64,000 nt of DNA from the NCBI GenBank assembly GCA_963736005.1, contig CAVTNB010000003.1, positions 192,001 to 256,000 of the forward strand, read 5' to 3'. Made by a program: the position numbers and the translations under genes. This DNA comes from an uncultured Pseudomonadota bacterium (GTDB lineage: Bacteria; Vulcanimicrobiota; Vulcanimicrobiia; Eremiobacterales; Eremiobacteraceae). Under the pieces are notes generated by a model. The model searched no databases and was not told where the DNA came from. It saw only the letters and a list, made by a program, of their open reading frames with translations. Of the stretch, positions 17,457-27,500 are shown piece by piece (position 1 is the stretch's first letter; every line of letters starts with the position of its first letter).

Positions 17457-18610
17457 GACCCTGCAGATTCCTGTAGGGAGCGACTGTCAAGTCGCCCTTC
17501 ACGACCCAGGTCCTGTTCCCAATCTTTGAACACAGGATCGTAACCCAGCTCTGCAATCCGGCGCGCAACCTGCTCCGGCGTTCGGTTGTCTTCCAGGTGA
17601 AATTGCTCGCCGGCAGCACCCGGCGTCGAGTAGCCGCCTGGCTCGGTGCTTGACCCGGCACTCATCTGGGTAATCCCTAGCGCAATAAGGCGATCGCGCA
17701 GCGCGGCTGGCTCTCGGGTCGAAAGCACGATACCCGCCGCGGGCAAGGCAATGCGGATCGCGCAAATGAGCTGGACTAATTCTGCATTGCTCACTGGTTG
17801 GGGAGGTGCGAACCCTCCAGCCGCAGAGTTGATACGGGGGAACGAGACGTTGATCTGAGCTCGCCAGCAATGCCGGTAGAGGTATCGTGCGTGCTGCACG
17901 AGTGACAATGCTTCGAACCGCCAATCCGCCAAACCCAGCAGCGCGCCGATTCCAAGGTGCCGCATGCCGGCTGCCGCAGCGCGCTCGGGCGCTGCGAGAC
18001 GCAATGCATACTGTTTCTTCGGACCGCCGACATGGTATTTGGGGTACATGATGGGGTCATACGTTTCTTGATAGAGGACGATGCCGTCGCATCCCGCATC
18101 AACCCACGTATCGTATTCTGGCGTCTGCGCTGCAGCCACTTCCAGCGCGACGTACTGCACCTCGCGCTTCACCTCTGCTACGCATTGGGCAAGGTAGCCG
18201 GCATTGACGTATTTTGGATGCTCTGACGACACCAGCAGGATGTTGCGGAAACCGTGTGATGCGAGCGCGCGCGCCTCGCGCATGACCTCATCGATGCGCA
18301 AGGTCTTGCGTTTGATGTCAAGCCCCATCGAAAAACCGCAATACGTGCACGTGCACACACATTCGTTGCTCAAGTACAGCGGTGCGTAGAGCGCAATGGT
18401 TTTCCCAAAACGCTCAACCGATAGCGCGTGAGCCCGCTGTGCTAGTTCTTCGAGCAGCGTGCCGGCTGCAGGTGAGAGCAGCGCCGCCACCTGATCGAGC
18501 GTCTTGGCACCGGACGCCGCGCTTGAGCGAACCTCGGCTTCGTCAGCGTGACGTGCGCGAGTAGTGGCGTTCCACATTGCCGCAGGGTTAAATGTTTGCG
18601 CAAAGGTCAT
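17453..18610 (-). CDS. thiH: 2-iminoacetate synthase (radical SAM)
   Basis: [19 protein letters not shown] (CxxxCxxC), [23 protein letters not shown]. Confidence 0.93.
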   Translation of the reverse strand: MTFAQTFNPAAMWNATTRARHADEAEVRSSAASGAKTLDQVAALLSPAAGTLLEELAQRAHALSVERFGKTIALYAPLYLSNECVCTCTYCGFSMGLDIKRKTLRIDEVMREARALASHGFRNILLVSSEHPKYVNAGYLAQCVAEVKREVQYVALEVAAAQTPEYDTWVDAGCDGIVLYQETYDPIMYPKYHVGGPKKQYALRLAAPERAAAAGMRHLGIGALLGLADWRFEALSLVQHARYLYRHCWRAQINVSFPRINSAAGGFAPPQPVSNAELVQLICAIRIALPAAGIVLSTREPAALRDRLIALGITQMSAGSSTEPGGYSTPGAAGEQFHLEDNRTPEQVARRIAELGYDPVFKDWEQDLGREGRLDSRSLQESAGS

Positions 18611-19407
18611 TGTGGCTCTTTTGTGTGGAGGAAACCGGTAAGAGGACTTGAGGCAGATGCGGTGCGCAACTCCGGGGCGCGCCCTGCCAAACGAGCACCT
18701 CGCCCAGCTTCGACCGCAAGTTTGAAGGCGTGTGCCATTCGTGCCGGATGTGCGGCGGTCGCTATTGCCGTGTTGACGAGCACCGCGTCGGCGCCCATTT
18801 CCATAGCTGCCGCCGCGTGCGAGGGGACGCCGAGGCCAGCATCCACCACGACCGGCACGGTCGCCTGCTCAATGATGATCGCGATTGCAGCCTCCATCTT
18901 GAGGCCTCGACCCGAACCGATCGGCGCTGCAAGTGGCATAACTGCTGCCACGCCAACTTCCTCGAGGCGTTTGGCGAGCACGGGGTCAGCATGGATGTAG
19001 GGTAGGACGATAAAGCCCTCACGCACGAGCGTCTCACAGGCCGTGAGGGTGTCGACGGGATCGGGCATGAGATAGTGCGGATCGGGGATCACCTCGACTT
19101 TGATCCAAGGGGGCAATCCAGCGGACCGGGCGAGGCGTGCAAGGCGCACGGCCTCCTCGGCGGTGGCCGCGCCCGAGGTGTTCGGCAAGATCAAGTATTT
19201 CGACTGGTCGATGAAATCCGTAATAGGGTTTGTTTTGGCATCCAGGTCGACTCGACGCAGCGCGACCGTGACCATCTCGGCGCCCGAGGCGGCGAGCGCA
19301 TCCGACATGACTTCCGGGCTCGAAAACTTGCCGGTACCCATGATCAAGCGCGAACGGAAACTGCGGCCGCCGAGCGCGAGCACATCGGTCAAAGGTTGGC
19401 TCCTCAT
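18607..19407 (-). CDS. thiG: Thiazole synthase
   Basis: [36 protein letters not shown]. Start is ATG 19407 or TTG 19392. Confidence 0.96.
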   Translation of the reverse strand: MRSQPLTDVLALGGRSFRSRLIMGTGKFSSPEVMSDALAASGAEMVTVALRRVDLDAKTNPITDFIDQSKYLILPNTSGAATAEEAVRLARLARSAGLPPWIKVEVIPDPHYLMPDPVDTLTACETLVREGFIVLPYIHADPVLAKRLEEVGVAAVMPLAAPIGSGRGLKMEAAIAIIIEQATVPVVVDAGLGVPSHAAAAMEMGADAVLVNTAIATAAHPARMAHAFKLAVEAGRGARLAGRAPELRTASASSPLTGFLHTKEPQ

Positions 19408-19576
19408 TGTGCGTGCGAATGTTCTATTTTCGGTGCTACGAGTTCTCTTTCCCGGCAAACGGCGATGGCAAGCGCAGGAGAACCTCTTTTAACCATAGCA
19501 TCCGCAAGGTGCGCTGCCTGCACTCTGAAGGTGGCTCGCTTGACATACTGCCGCCAAATGTGGAAGGAGGGTTCCA

Positions 19577-19969
19577 GTGGTCAATCCGCCCCCGACCAAT
19601 CCCGCTCCAGCTCCCGCCGACCCAAAGCTGTGGGGAATGCTTTGTCACCTGTCCGCGTTGGCCGGTGTGATCATACCCTTCGGCAACATCATCGGCCCGC
19701 TGGTCATTTGGTTGATAAAGAAAGACGAGATGCCAATCGTCAACGAGTATGGCAAGGAGTCTCTCAATTTCCAAATCTCGATGACCATCTACGCGATCGG
19801 TGTCGGCGTCGTTGCGGGCATCCTCTCGCTCATCGCGATTGGCGTGCTCTTGTTCCCGCTGGTTGCGCTCGTTGGGCTGGCCGATCTCGTCCTCGTGATT
19901 ATCGCCTCCGTGCAGGCGAACAAAGGAATCGCTTATCACTACCCATTTACTATCCGCTTCCTAACCTAA
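19577..19969 (+). CDS. DUF4870 family membrane protein
   Basis: MLCHLS, GPLVIWLIKKD, GKESLNFQIS, YHYPFTIRF; AAGGAGG RBS. Confidence 0.88.
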   Translation: MVNPPPTNPAPAPADPKLWGMLCHLSALAGVIIPFGNIIGPLVIWLIKKDEMPIVNEYGKESLNFQISMTIYAIGVGVVAGILSLIAIGVLLFPLVALVGLADLVLVIIASVQANKGIAYHYPFTIRFLT

Positions 19970-20062
19970 CATCGGATCGTGCTCGCAGGGAAACCGGCGT
20001 TGCTCGACGCAAGTTCGACGCGGCTAGCGTAGTAGCGGATCTAGGCCATATGGAGGCTCACT

Positions 20063-20854
20063 ATGGTCAATCGTCAGTTCGACGCGGTTGCCGAGCTGCA
20101 AAGCGCCTTTAACGTCCTTACCAAGAATCTCGTTCTCGCCGTCCCCACAGCACTCGTCTCGCTCGCTGGTGGACTTTTCGCGATATTTATGGCCGCCACC
20201 ATAGCCGCCTCAATTCTGGGGGCCGGCGCGCTCTCCGGCATGGGTGGCACAGGCGAACCCCGGCCCGGCATTTGGGCGGCTCTTGCGGGTGGGACCGGGT
20301 TGCTGCTTATCGTCTTTTTTGTCGCCCTCGTGCTATTGGGAATCCTAGCGCAGGCCATTGTCATGGCAGGCGCCGAGCGAGTTTGGCACGGCCAGCCTGC
20401 CGACCTGATGGGTGGCGTGTCAAAGGCGATGAGCAAGATCGGGCCGTTGTTCTTGCTCTTCCTGATCGGACTGATCGTCGGAATCGTTTGCTTTGTCATC
20501 ATCATCATCGGGTGGATCGCCGGCATCGTTTTGGCGTTCTTCTTCATGTATACAATTCCGGCCATCGTCGTCGGCAACCAGGGCGTCATGGACGCCTTGC
20601 GTACCTCGTGGCGAATGGTTCGCGAAAACATTGGCCCCAGCCTGACCGCCTTCTTGGGCATCATCGTGGTGTCGGCGATCGGTGCTGTCATCAATAGAGT
20701 CTTCTTGCACATCCCCGTCATCGGACTGATTGTCAGCCTCGTTGTCGGCGGTCTGACGGCCGCGTATTCTGCCCTCGTGCTCGTTCGATTCTACGACCTG
20801 CTGCGAGGCCAAGCGGCGGCCATTCCGACCACGCCATCCGGACCAACCACCTGA
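20063..20854 (+). CDS. Hypothetical multi-pass membrane protein
   Basis: Several TM helices; ALRTSWRMVR motif; GGAGG RBS. Confidence 0.7.
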   Translation: MVNRQFDAVAELQSAFNVLTKNLVLAVPTALVSLAGGLFAIFMAATIAASILGAGALSGMGGTGEPRPGIWAALAGGTGLLLIVFFVALVLLGILAQAIVMAGAERVWHGQPADLMGGVSKAMSKIGPLFLLFLIGLIVGIVCFVIIIIGWIAGIVLAFFFMYTIPAIVVGNQGVMDALRTSWRMVRENIGPSLTAFLGIIVVSAIGAVINRVFLHIPVIGLIVSLVVGGLTAAYSALVLVRFYDLLRGQAAAIPTTPSGPTT

Positions 20855-20892
20855 CAAGCCCATCCACGTGTGGTGAAGCAAAGCCGGCAATA

Positions 20893-22545
20893 ATGCCGGC
20901 TTTCTTCGCCCTGCGCCGTCCTGCTCGAGCCGGTGCGGCGTTGTTTGGCTGTGCTCTCGTCATGCTCGGCGCGGCCTGCAGCAAGGTTGGTACATCCACC
21001 CAGCAACTCCGCGGCAACCGCTCGACTATCCATGGCGTCGTGCGACTCGCGATCATCGCCGAACCGAACACGCTCAATCCGGTGCTGAGCGGCCTTATTC
21101 AAGAAGGCTATATGGAAGCGGCGATTTTCGACGGCCTCATCATGTTGGACAATCACGCCAACATCATTCCCGACCTTGCAACCGTGGTACCGAGTCTCGC
21201 CAACGGCGGCATCAGTCCCGATGGCAAGACGATCACCTATCATTTGCGCCACGGCGTGACATGGCAAGACGGCGTACCGTTCACGTCCGCAGACGTTGTC
21301 TTTACCTATCAGACCTACATCAATCCAAAGGTGAACACTTTTTATACGGCCATTTATCAGCATATTACGTCGGTCTCAACGCCGGATCCGTACACGGTCG
21401 TACTGCATTTAAAAGCTCCCTACGCGCCCGCGCTCATCCAGTTCTTTGAACGAGGGACCGGCGGGTTCGTCATTCCGAAACACATTCTGGAAAAGTCGCC
21501 TGACATCAACACGGATCCATTTGGAAAACATCCGATCGGGACCGGACCATTTCGCCTCGAGCGCTGGGACCATGGATCGCTGCTTCTGCTCAAAGCGAAT
21601 CCGCGATATTTTAAAGGTGCGCCGAAGGTCGGCGAAGTTGACGTTCGCATCGTCGTCAATCCGAACACGCAACTCGAAATGGTTGGTAGCCACGAGCTCG
21701 ACGTGGCAGCGCAACTCGTGCCCGCGCAGTACTCGCAGATCCAGCAAACCGCGGGCATACGCGCCGTTCTCGTGCCATCGCTCTTAGAGAGATTCCTCAC
21801 ATTCAACATGCAACACCAGCCGTTCGGCGACATCCGGGTTCGACGGGCTCTCTCTCTTGCGCTGGATCGCAACCGGATTGTACAAACCGCCTACGCGGGG
21901 ACGTCCACACTCGCGCAGACTCTCATTCCCCCGTCAAGTTGGGCATACGATCCGACTGGGGCGGCCGCTTACGACCCGGCAGCCGCGAGAGCACTGCTCG
22001 ATAGCGCTGGGTGGATTGTTGGGCCTGATGGGGTCCGCACGAAGAATGGGCGCGCGCTGTCGTTTGTTTTGCTGAACCAGACAGAATCGAATCCCTTGAG
22101 CACCATGGCGCAGGAAATTCAACGTGCGTGGCGCGACATCGGGGTGGCCGCCGATCTTCGATTTGTGCCACGGAACGTGATTTACGGTAACCCCGGGCTC
22201 GCCACCGATGGAAAGTTTGACGCTTTGGTGGACGACTGGGGCGCGGATCCCGACCCTGATCGATCGTTCATGATCGAGACGAAGAGCTTTGCGCCACAGG
22301 CCTACAACGACGCATTTTATTCCGACCCAGAGGTGGACCTTTGGTCGGAAGAGGCTACCGCAACCTACGACCTCACACAGCGCAAGGCGTCATATTCTAA
22401 GATTCAGCGCCGCCTGAATCGCGACTTGCCATACTTGCCCCTCGTGTGGGAGGGGAGAATCTACGCGGTCAACACGGATTTGCTGAATTTCTTGCCCGAG
22501 CCGGTTTTCTCCGATTTTTGGAATGCCCAACAATGGCAAATCTAA
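20893..22545 (+). CDS. Peptide ABC transporter substrate-binding lipoprotein (family 5)
   Basis: GAAC lipobox-like; TITYHLRHGVTWQDG; PIGTGPF; paralog of 10504-12153. Confidence 0.88.
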   Translation: MPAFFALRRPARAGAALFGCALVMLGAACSKVGTSTQQLRGNRSTIHGVVRLAIIAEPNTLNPVLSGLIQEGYMEAAIFDGLIMLDNHANIIPDLATVVPSLANGGISPDGKTITYHLRHGVTWQDGVPFTSADVVFTYQTYINPKVNTFYTAIYQHITSVSTPDPYTVVLHLKAPYAPALIQFFERGTGGFVIPKHILEKSPDINTDPFGKHPIGTGPFRLERWDHGSLLLLKANPRYFKGAPKVGEVDVRIVVNPNTQLEMVGSHELDVAAQLVPAQYSQIQQTAGIRAVLVPSLLERFLTFNMQHQPFGDIRVRRALSLALDRNRIVQTAYAGTSTLAQTLIPPSSWAYDPTGAAAYDPAAARALLDSAGWIVGPDGVRTKNGRALSFVLLNQTESNPLSTMAQEIQRAWRDIGVAADLRFVPRNVIYGNPGLATDGKFDALVDDWGADPDPDRSFMIETKSFAPQAYNDAFYSDPEVDLWSEEATATYDLTQRKASYSKIQRRLNRDLPYLPLVWEGRIYAVNTDLLNFLPEPVFSDFWNAQQWQI

Positions 22546-22557
22546 AGGCGCTTGCTC

Positions 22558-22686
22558 GTCGCGAATAAATTCGCGACACTACATTTATCTCAATAAATTC
22601 GCGACACGACATTCAATCTTCGATGTAGTCGCGCGAATTTATTCGCGCGTGTTTGCGTTCATGTAGTCGCGCGAATTTATTCGCGT
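22558..22686. repeat. REP-like family C cluster (four copies, two per orientation)
   Basis: GTCGCGAATAAATTCGCGACACTACAT, AATAAATTCGCGACACGACAT, and two copies of ATGTAGTCGCGCGAATTTATTCGCG. Confidence 0.85.
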
Positions 22687-23225
22687 GCCTTTCCCTTCGC
22701 GAGGGCCGCCAATTTCAGCGCGGTCTTCCAGTTTCGCGCTGTGCCGCGAGTCCCAATCTTCTTTTCGATGAGCGCATTCGTCAGACGCGAGCGGCCTTGC
22801 CCATCCGGATAGGTTATGTATAACTGCCGGCCGTCTCCTCGAATGCGCTCTGGCCCCGCAATGGCCTCCTGCAGCGTCTGCAACTCTTTCGCGCCGGGAG
22901 CGTCCTTCAACACCACGAGAACAAGATGGCCCGGGTCAGCGCGCGCCTCCTTTGGAAATGGATTGCGCCTGACGATACGGTCCCACTCCCGCACCGTGCG
23001 GATAAAGAAGTCCGTCTCAACGTGCAGCCGTTTTCTACTTTCAACTTCGAGCAACCGTTCGAGCTCGCCACCGTCGCGCCCATCACTTTGAAAAACAAGA
23101 TTGCCACTTTGGAGGAGCGTCTGAACGTTCGCAAACCCAATCTTCGTGAGCATCGCGCGCAGAGCGGCCATCGACACTAAACCACGCCCACCGACGTTGA
23201 CCGCCCGCAGCAGTGTAATCCGGAT
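22677..23225 (-). CDS. DUF1697 family protein (start non-canonical or uncertain)
   Basis: LLRAVNVGG (upstream of the first GTG), TLLQSGNLVF, NPF, TARNW. Confidence 0.8.
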   Translation of the reverse strand: MRITLLRAVNVGGRGLVSMAALRAMLTKIGFANVQTLLQSGNLVFQSDGRDGGELERLLEVESRKRLHVETDFFIRTVREWDRIVRRNPFPKEARADPGHLVLVVLKDAPGAKELQTLQEAIAGPERIRGDGRQLYITYPDGQGRSRLTNALIEKKIGTRGTARNWKTALKLAALAKGKARE

Positions 23226-23245
23226 GGCTTTCCCCGCGTGCTTTT

Positions 23246-24259
23246 CTATGGTTGGGCGCCGAACTTCGCCGAGATCGGCAGCGTGAGGTTGCTTGAATGG
23301 ATGGGTTGCACCTTATTCGTTGGATTGATGTACACCATCGCCTGATTCACCGCGATGGCAGCCTCGGAGGTGCCGCAGGCGATCAGCTTGAGTTTGCCGG
23401 CGTGGGCTATGACATCGCCCGCGGCATAGATTCCTTTGATGCTGGTTTCCATCGTGATGGGATCGATCGTGACTCCACTTCCCTCGGTCTTGATGCCCCA
23501 CCGCGCGAGCTCCCCAAGATCCGAGACGAATCCAAGCGCACAGAGGACCGCGTCTGCCTCTACCTTCGCTTCTTCTTTGGTTTTGCTGTGAACGATGGTG
23601 ACCGCCTCGACCTTGCCGTCACCGTGCACTTCCTTGATTTCGAAATCCGGTTGCCGAATTTGCACCGTGGATTTGCGCAGCAGTTCGATGCTGTGCGCAT
23701 GCGCTCGGAATTGGGAACGGTGAACAATCGTCACCGACTTGGCGCGCGGCTCGAGGGCAAGCGCGTAATCAACCGCTGAATCGCCGCCGCCGACAATAAT
23801 GACGCGCAAATCGTTGAACGCATCGAAGTTGCGCGCATAGTAATGGACGCCACGTTCTTCAAACTGCGCGGCGCTTGGTGCCGGCAGCTTGCGCGGTTTG
23901 ATGGCGCCGATGCCGGAGCACACGATAATCGTTTTGGTCGCGTGCTCGGCTTTGTCGGTCGTCAGCTTAAACGTGCCGTCTTCCATGCGCTCGATGTTCG
24001 TCACGCGCTCTTCGAGGCACACGGCGTGTGGCCACTGCATCGCCTGCTCGACGCAGCCCTTGACGAGATCCGCGGCGATGATCGCCGGGAAACCGGGCAT
24101 ATCGTAGACGTATTTCTCAGGATACAGTGCGTACAGCTGACCGCCGAATTCAGGGAGTGCATCGATGACCTTCGCTCTGGCGCCGCGCATGCCGGCGTAG
24201 AACAAAGCAAAAAGTCCGGTCGGTCCGCCTCCAATGACCGTGATGTCGAATGTATCCAC
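23246..24259 (-). CDS. Ferredoxin--NADP reductase, TrxR-like (YumC type)
   Basis: GGGPTG, GGQLYALYPEKYVYD, GGGDSAVD, GKLKLI, C-terminal HSS; no CxxC. Confidence 0.88.
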   Translation of the reverse strand: MDTFDITVIGGGPTGLFALFYAGMRGARAKVIDALPEFGGQLYALYPEKYVYDMPGFPAIIAADLVKGCVEQAMQWPHAVCLEERVTNIERMEDGTFKLTTDKAEHATKTIIVCSGIGAIKPRKLPAPSAAQFEERGVHYYARNFDAFNDLRVIIVGGGDSAVDYALALEPRAKSVTIVHRSQFRAHAHSIELLRKSTVQIRQPDFEIKEVHGDGKVEAVTIVHSKTKEEAKVEADAVLCALGFVSDLGELARWGIKTEGSGVTIDPITMETSIKGIYAAGDVIAHAGKLKLIACGTSEAAIAVNQAMVYINPTNKVQPIHSSNLTLPISAKFGAQP

Positions 24260-24366
24260 GAGCGTTCCGTTTCGCGCGCTTGTCCGCGCGCGCCTTTGAC
24301 AGGTGACGTCCAAAGTCTAAGGCAACTATTTGGAGCAACAAGTATCTGCAGAAAGGCGCAAGCAGC

Positions 24367-24858
24367 ATGCTTCCACCTCCGCAAAAATACGCCATGTGGC
24401 TTGGTATTCTTCGCATCGCCACCGGCGCATCTTGGCTAGCGCACGGCATTCCAAAACTCTTGAACCCGGCGTTTTATGGTCCCGATGGGATGATGGCCAA
24501 TATGGTGACAAAAAATGCGGCGGGCCTCACAGGTGCATACCATGATTTCCTCCTCAACGTTGTGTTGCCGAATGCAGGCCTGTTCAGCCACCTCGTGGCC
24601 TGGGGCGAAACGCTCACCGGGGTCAGCCTCTTGCTTGGTCTGTTCACAAGGGTGGGCGGTATTGTTGGAACGTTTCTCGCGCTCAACTACTTCATGATGC
24701 ACGGTTCCTATGCGCACATCAGCGACCTGGGCGGCCTTGATTTCGCCACGCTTGCTCTCAGTTTCATCAACGTCGTCTTGCCGACCGGGCTCGTCTTCGG
24801 CCTCGACGCCATGCTACCGAGGTCGCGAGCCCGCACCCAATCTGCGGGTGAAACCTAG
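24367..24858 (+). CDS. DoxX family membrane protein
   Basis: LRIATG..W..HG..K; GETLTGVSLLLGLFTR; FGLD. Confidence 0.8.
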   Translation: MLPPPQKYAMWLGILRIATGASWLAHGIPKLLNPAFYGPDGMMANMVTKNAAGLTGAYHDFLLNVVLPNAGLFSHLVAWGETLTGVSLLLGLFTRVGGIVGTFLALNYFMMHGSYAHISDLGGLDFATLALSFINVVLPTGLVFGLDAMLPRSRARTQSAGET

Positions 24859-24902
24859 CCCAAACGCGTATTTCTATCTCCGCGCCCAACTGGAGGTCTC
24901 CC

Positions 24903-25805
24903 ATGCTGACCAAAGTCCCGCGACCGACGCTCGATGATCTGAACCTTGCTCCAGGTAAGCGAGCACGGCTCCATCGGCTGCTGTATGAATACGGGCCGGC
25001 AAACGGCACGCTGCTGCTCCTGCCGATCGATCAAGGACTCGAGCATGGCCCCGTTGACTTTTTTGATAATCCCGACAGCATCGATCCTGAATTCGAATAT
25101 AAACTTGCACTCGAAGGAAACTATTCGGGTATCGCGCAGCACTATGGTCTCGCGAGCAAATATTTTTACAAATATGCTGGTAAGGTGCCACTCGTCCTCA
25201 AGATCAATGGCAAGACGAACATTCCGAACGACGATGACGCGTTTTCACCGATGACCGCGTCGGTTGAAGATGCGGTTCGGATCGGAGCCGACGCCGTCGG
25301 CTACACGCTCTACGTCGGCAGTCCGGCGCAATCCGAAGACATGGCGCAACTGACCCGCGTTCGCGAGGACTGCGATCGATTCGGCATGCCGCTCGTTGTC
25401 TGGGCGTATCCACGAGGGAAAGCGGTCAAAGAAAAAGGCGGGCAGGACTCGCTGTACGCGGTTGATTACGCTGCTCGCGTTGCGTGCGAGATGGGCGCCG
25501 ACATAGTGAAGCTCAACGTTCCGAAGGTGACCGACAGCGATAAGCAACCCAAGCCGTATCCCACCGAGCGGCTGTCCGAAGAAGCCGCCATTCGAAAGGT
25601 CGTCATCTCGGCAGGCCGCACGCTGGTGCTCATTTCAGGCGGCAGCAAGATCAGCGACGAAGATCTCATTCATAAAGCGCGCATCGCGATGGAAGCGGGT
25701 GTCACAGGACTTATCTTCGGACGCAACGTTTGGCAACGCCGCTTTGACGACGCGATGTCGATCACGCAGCGTATTCAGGAGATGCTTAAAGCCTACGGAA
25801 CGTAG
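24903..25805 (+). CDS. fbaB: Class I fructose-bisphosphate aldolase (DhnA type)
   Basis: LPIDQGLEHGP, AVGYTLYVGS, WAYPRG, GADIVK, IFGRN. Confidence 0.85.
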   Translation: MLTKVPRPTLDDLNLAPGKRARLHRLLYEYGPANGTLLLLPIDQGLEHGPVDFFDNPDSIDPEFEYKLALEGNYSGIAQHYGLASKYFYKYAGKVPLVLKINGKTNIPNDDDAFSPMTASVEDAVRIGADAVGYTLYVGSPAQSEDMAQLTRVREDCDRFGMPLVVWAYPRGKAVKEKGGQDSLYAVDYAARVACEMGADIVKLNVPKVTDSDKQPKPYPTERLSEEAAIRKVVISAGRTLVLISGGSKISDEDLIHKARIAMEAGVTGLIFGRNVWQRRFDDAMSITQRIQEMLKAYGT

Positions 25806-25847
25806 GGCGACTTGACGGTGGGGCGATTTTCCAATCGCCCCCTACAT
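25802..25847. repeat. REP-like family B, partial plus full copy
   Basis: GTAGGGCGACTTGAC and GGGCGATTTTCCAATCGCCCCCTACAT. Confidence 0.75.
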
Positions 25848-26410
25848 TAATCGCGTAAGAGTTCGAGGAGCGAGTGCACGATGCGAGCAGTCGCTCCCCA
25901 AATTTTATTGCCGTCCAACATATAAGAGTATCGCGTCTTCACCACCCCGCCATATTCCGTCTGCGCGATCACCTCGACCCCTGGCTCGAGCAACCTCATG
26001 ATCGGCACCGTGAGAATACGCGACACTTCGAGCGGGTCGGGGACAAGGGTCGGATTTCCTTCGACGTACCCAACAACAGGAGTGATCGTGTAATTCGAAA
26101 CCGTTGTTTCGACATCGTCGAGCAAGCCGACAACGCTGACGAGTTCTCTTGACAGCGCGAGCTCTTCTTGCGCTTCTCGCAGCGCAGCGTCCACCGCGCC
26201 GCGGTCGTGGCGCTCGATAGAACCACCCGGGAAGCAGATCTCACCCTTGTGTTCGAGGACGTCTGTGCTCCGTTCGCACAGCAGCAGAGTTGGATTGTCC
26301 GGCGAGCCTAACAGCGGAACCAGCACAGCGGCTGAGCGGGTTTGCACATTGGAGAGCGCGTGTCGGACGCGGCTGCGCAACCGCTCCCCTAAGGACTCAA
26401 GCGCGTTCAC
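25847..26410 (-). CDS. Nudix CoA pyrophosphatase (NudL/PCD1-like)
   Basis: AAVLVPL, HKGEICFPGG, AALREAQEE, IWGATA. Confidence 0.88.
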   Translation of the reverse strand: MNALESLGERLRSRVRHALSNVQTRSAAVLVPLLGSPDNPTLLLCERSTDVLEHKGEICFPGGSIERHDRGAVDAALREAQEELALSRELVSVVGLLDDVETTVSNYTITPVVGYVEGNPTLVPDPLEVSRILTVPIMRLLEPGVEVIAQTEYGGVVKTRYSYMLDGNKIWGATARIVHSLLELLRD

Positions 26411-26418
26411 GAGCGTTG

Positions 26419-27102
26419 TTAGTTCCGAGAAAATCGTGCGCTTTGGGGTACTAGCTGCACGCCGCGGTCGTTGCTCAGTCCGCGAGAACGCCGCGTGCGC
26501 AATCTTTTTGTTTCTTCTTCGAGCAACGCGAGTTCGATGCGCAAACGCTGCGACGGATTCTCCGCCTCGAGCAGCATTTGCTTGACACGGACATCAATTT
26601 GAAGGGCATCGGCAATAACATACGATGTCGCAGCCAGATCGGTAGGTAATTCGATAGCCTCGAGTTCACTGCCGCATCCTGGGAGAAGCACTTCGAGGTA
26701 GTCGCGGAAGCGTTCGAGCGCAAGGTCGCGCAACACGCTTTCGTCTCTGCGATGAGAGGACTCTTGGAGATACGCAACGTCGGCGCGCCAGAACGGCGCT
26801 GTGTCGGTGATGCGCTCAACCTTGAAGCGGCGCACGCCCAACGCGATAACGTACAAACGCCCTGCGTTGAGTTTAGAAACCTGTCGAATGACCGCGGTCG
26901 TGCCGATATCCACCGGATCGAGATTCTCGCCTACCTCATGTCCGTTGCGACACAAGAGCACCCCGAAAGGCAGCTTCCCTTCGATGCACTGGTCCATCAG
27001 TGCCTTATATCGATCTTCAAACACATGGAGACGCAACGCCGCGCCCGGCATGAGGACGGTGTTGAGTACAAACAGCCCGAGAGATTTATTCATGACCGCC
27101 AA
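26419..27102 (-). CDS. LON peptidase substrate-binding domain protein
   Basis: LF..NTVLMPG..L.LHVFEDRY; G.RRF; KQMLLE. Confidence 0.85.
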   Translation of the reverse strand: MAVMNKSLGLFVLNTVLMPGAALRLHVFEDRYKALMDQCIEGKLPFGVLLCRNGHEVGENLDPVDIGTTAVIRQVSKLNAGRLYVIALGVRRFKVERITDTAPFWRADVAYLQESSHRRDESVLRDLALERFRDYLEVLLPGCGSELEAIELPTDLAATSYVIADALQIDVRVKQMLLEAENPSQRLRIELALLEEETKRLRTRRSRGLSNDRGVQLVPQSARFSRN

Positions 27103-27113
27103 GGAGATGGGCC

Positions 27114-27323
27114 TTAGGGTTGGTGCGCGAGCTCCTCGCTCCAGGCCTGGGCGATGCGCTCGAGCGTTTCCTCGTCGACTTTTTCTGGATCGTCTTCAAA
27201 ATCATCCAGCTCGGTCACGAGTCGGAGGAGTTCGGGCATGGGCATTTGCTTCGGATCTTCATCCGGATAGCTGTCAGCCAGCTCGAACGCAATGTCCTCG
27301 ACATCCTGCCAGGTTAGTCCCAC
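27114..27323 (-). CDS. iscX: Fe-S cluster assembly protein IscX
   Basis: MGLTWQDVEDIAFELADSYPDEDP...FEDDP...LERIAQAW; AAGGAGG RBS. Confidence 0.88.
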   Translation of the reverse strand: MGLTWQDVEDIAFELADSYPDEDPKQMPMPELLRLVTELDDFEDDPEKVDEETLERIAQAWSEELAHQP

Positions 27324-27400
27324 AGCCCTCACCTCCTTACATCTTAAATCAGCGGCCCCAAAGTTTCGCGATTGACTCAGGGGGCCCTTCCCCTAAGGCC

Positions 27401-27466
27401 GAGCGGACTCGGGAGGTCCGCTGCTACAATCAACGCGGGAGCGGACCTAAAGGTCCGCTGCTACAT
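27401..27466. repeat. REP-like family A, two copies
   Basis: GAGCGGACTCGGGAGGTCCGCTGCTACA and GAGCGGACCTAAAGGTCCGCTGCTACAT. Confidence 0.8.
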
Positions 27467-27500
27467 ACCAGTTGTACATACCAGTTGCGGAGCGGTTATT

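Noticed and set aside
19408..19560. TPP riboswitch expected upstream of thiG
   Set aside because: The conserved CUGAGA and CCUGA cores are not visible on the minus strand; there is only a weak GAGTTCTC/GAGAAC pairing.
22558..22686. Possible CRISPR array
   Set aside because: The repeats are in both orientations, with short irregular spacers and no cas genes; REP-like instead.
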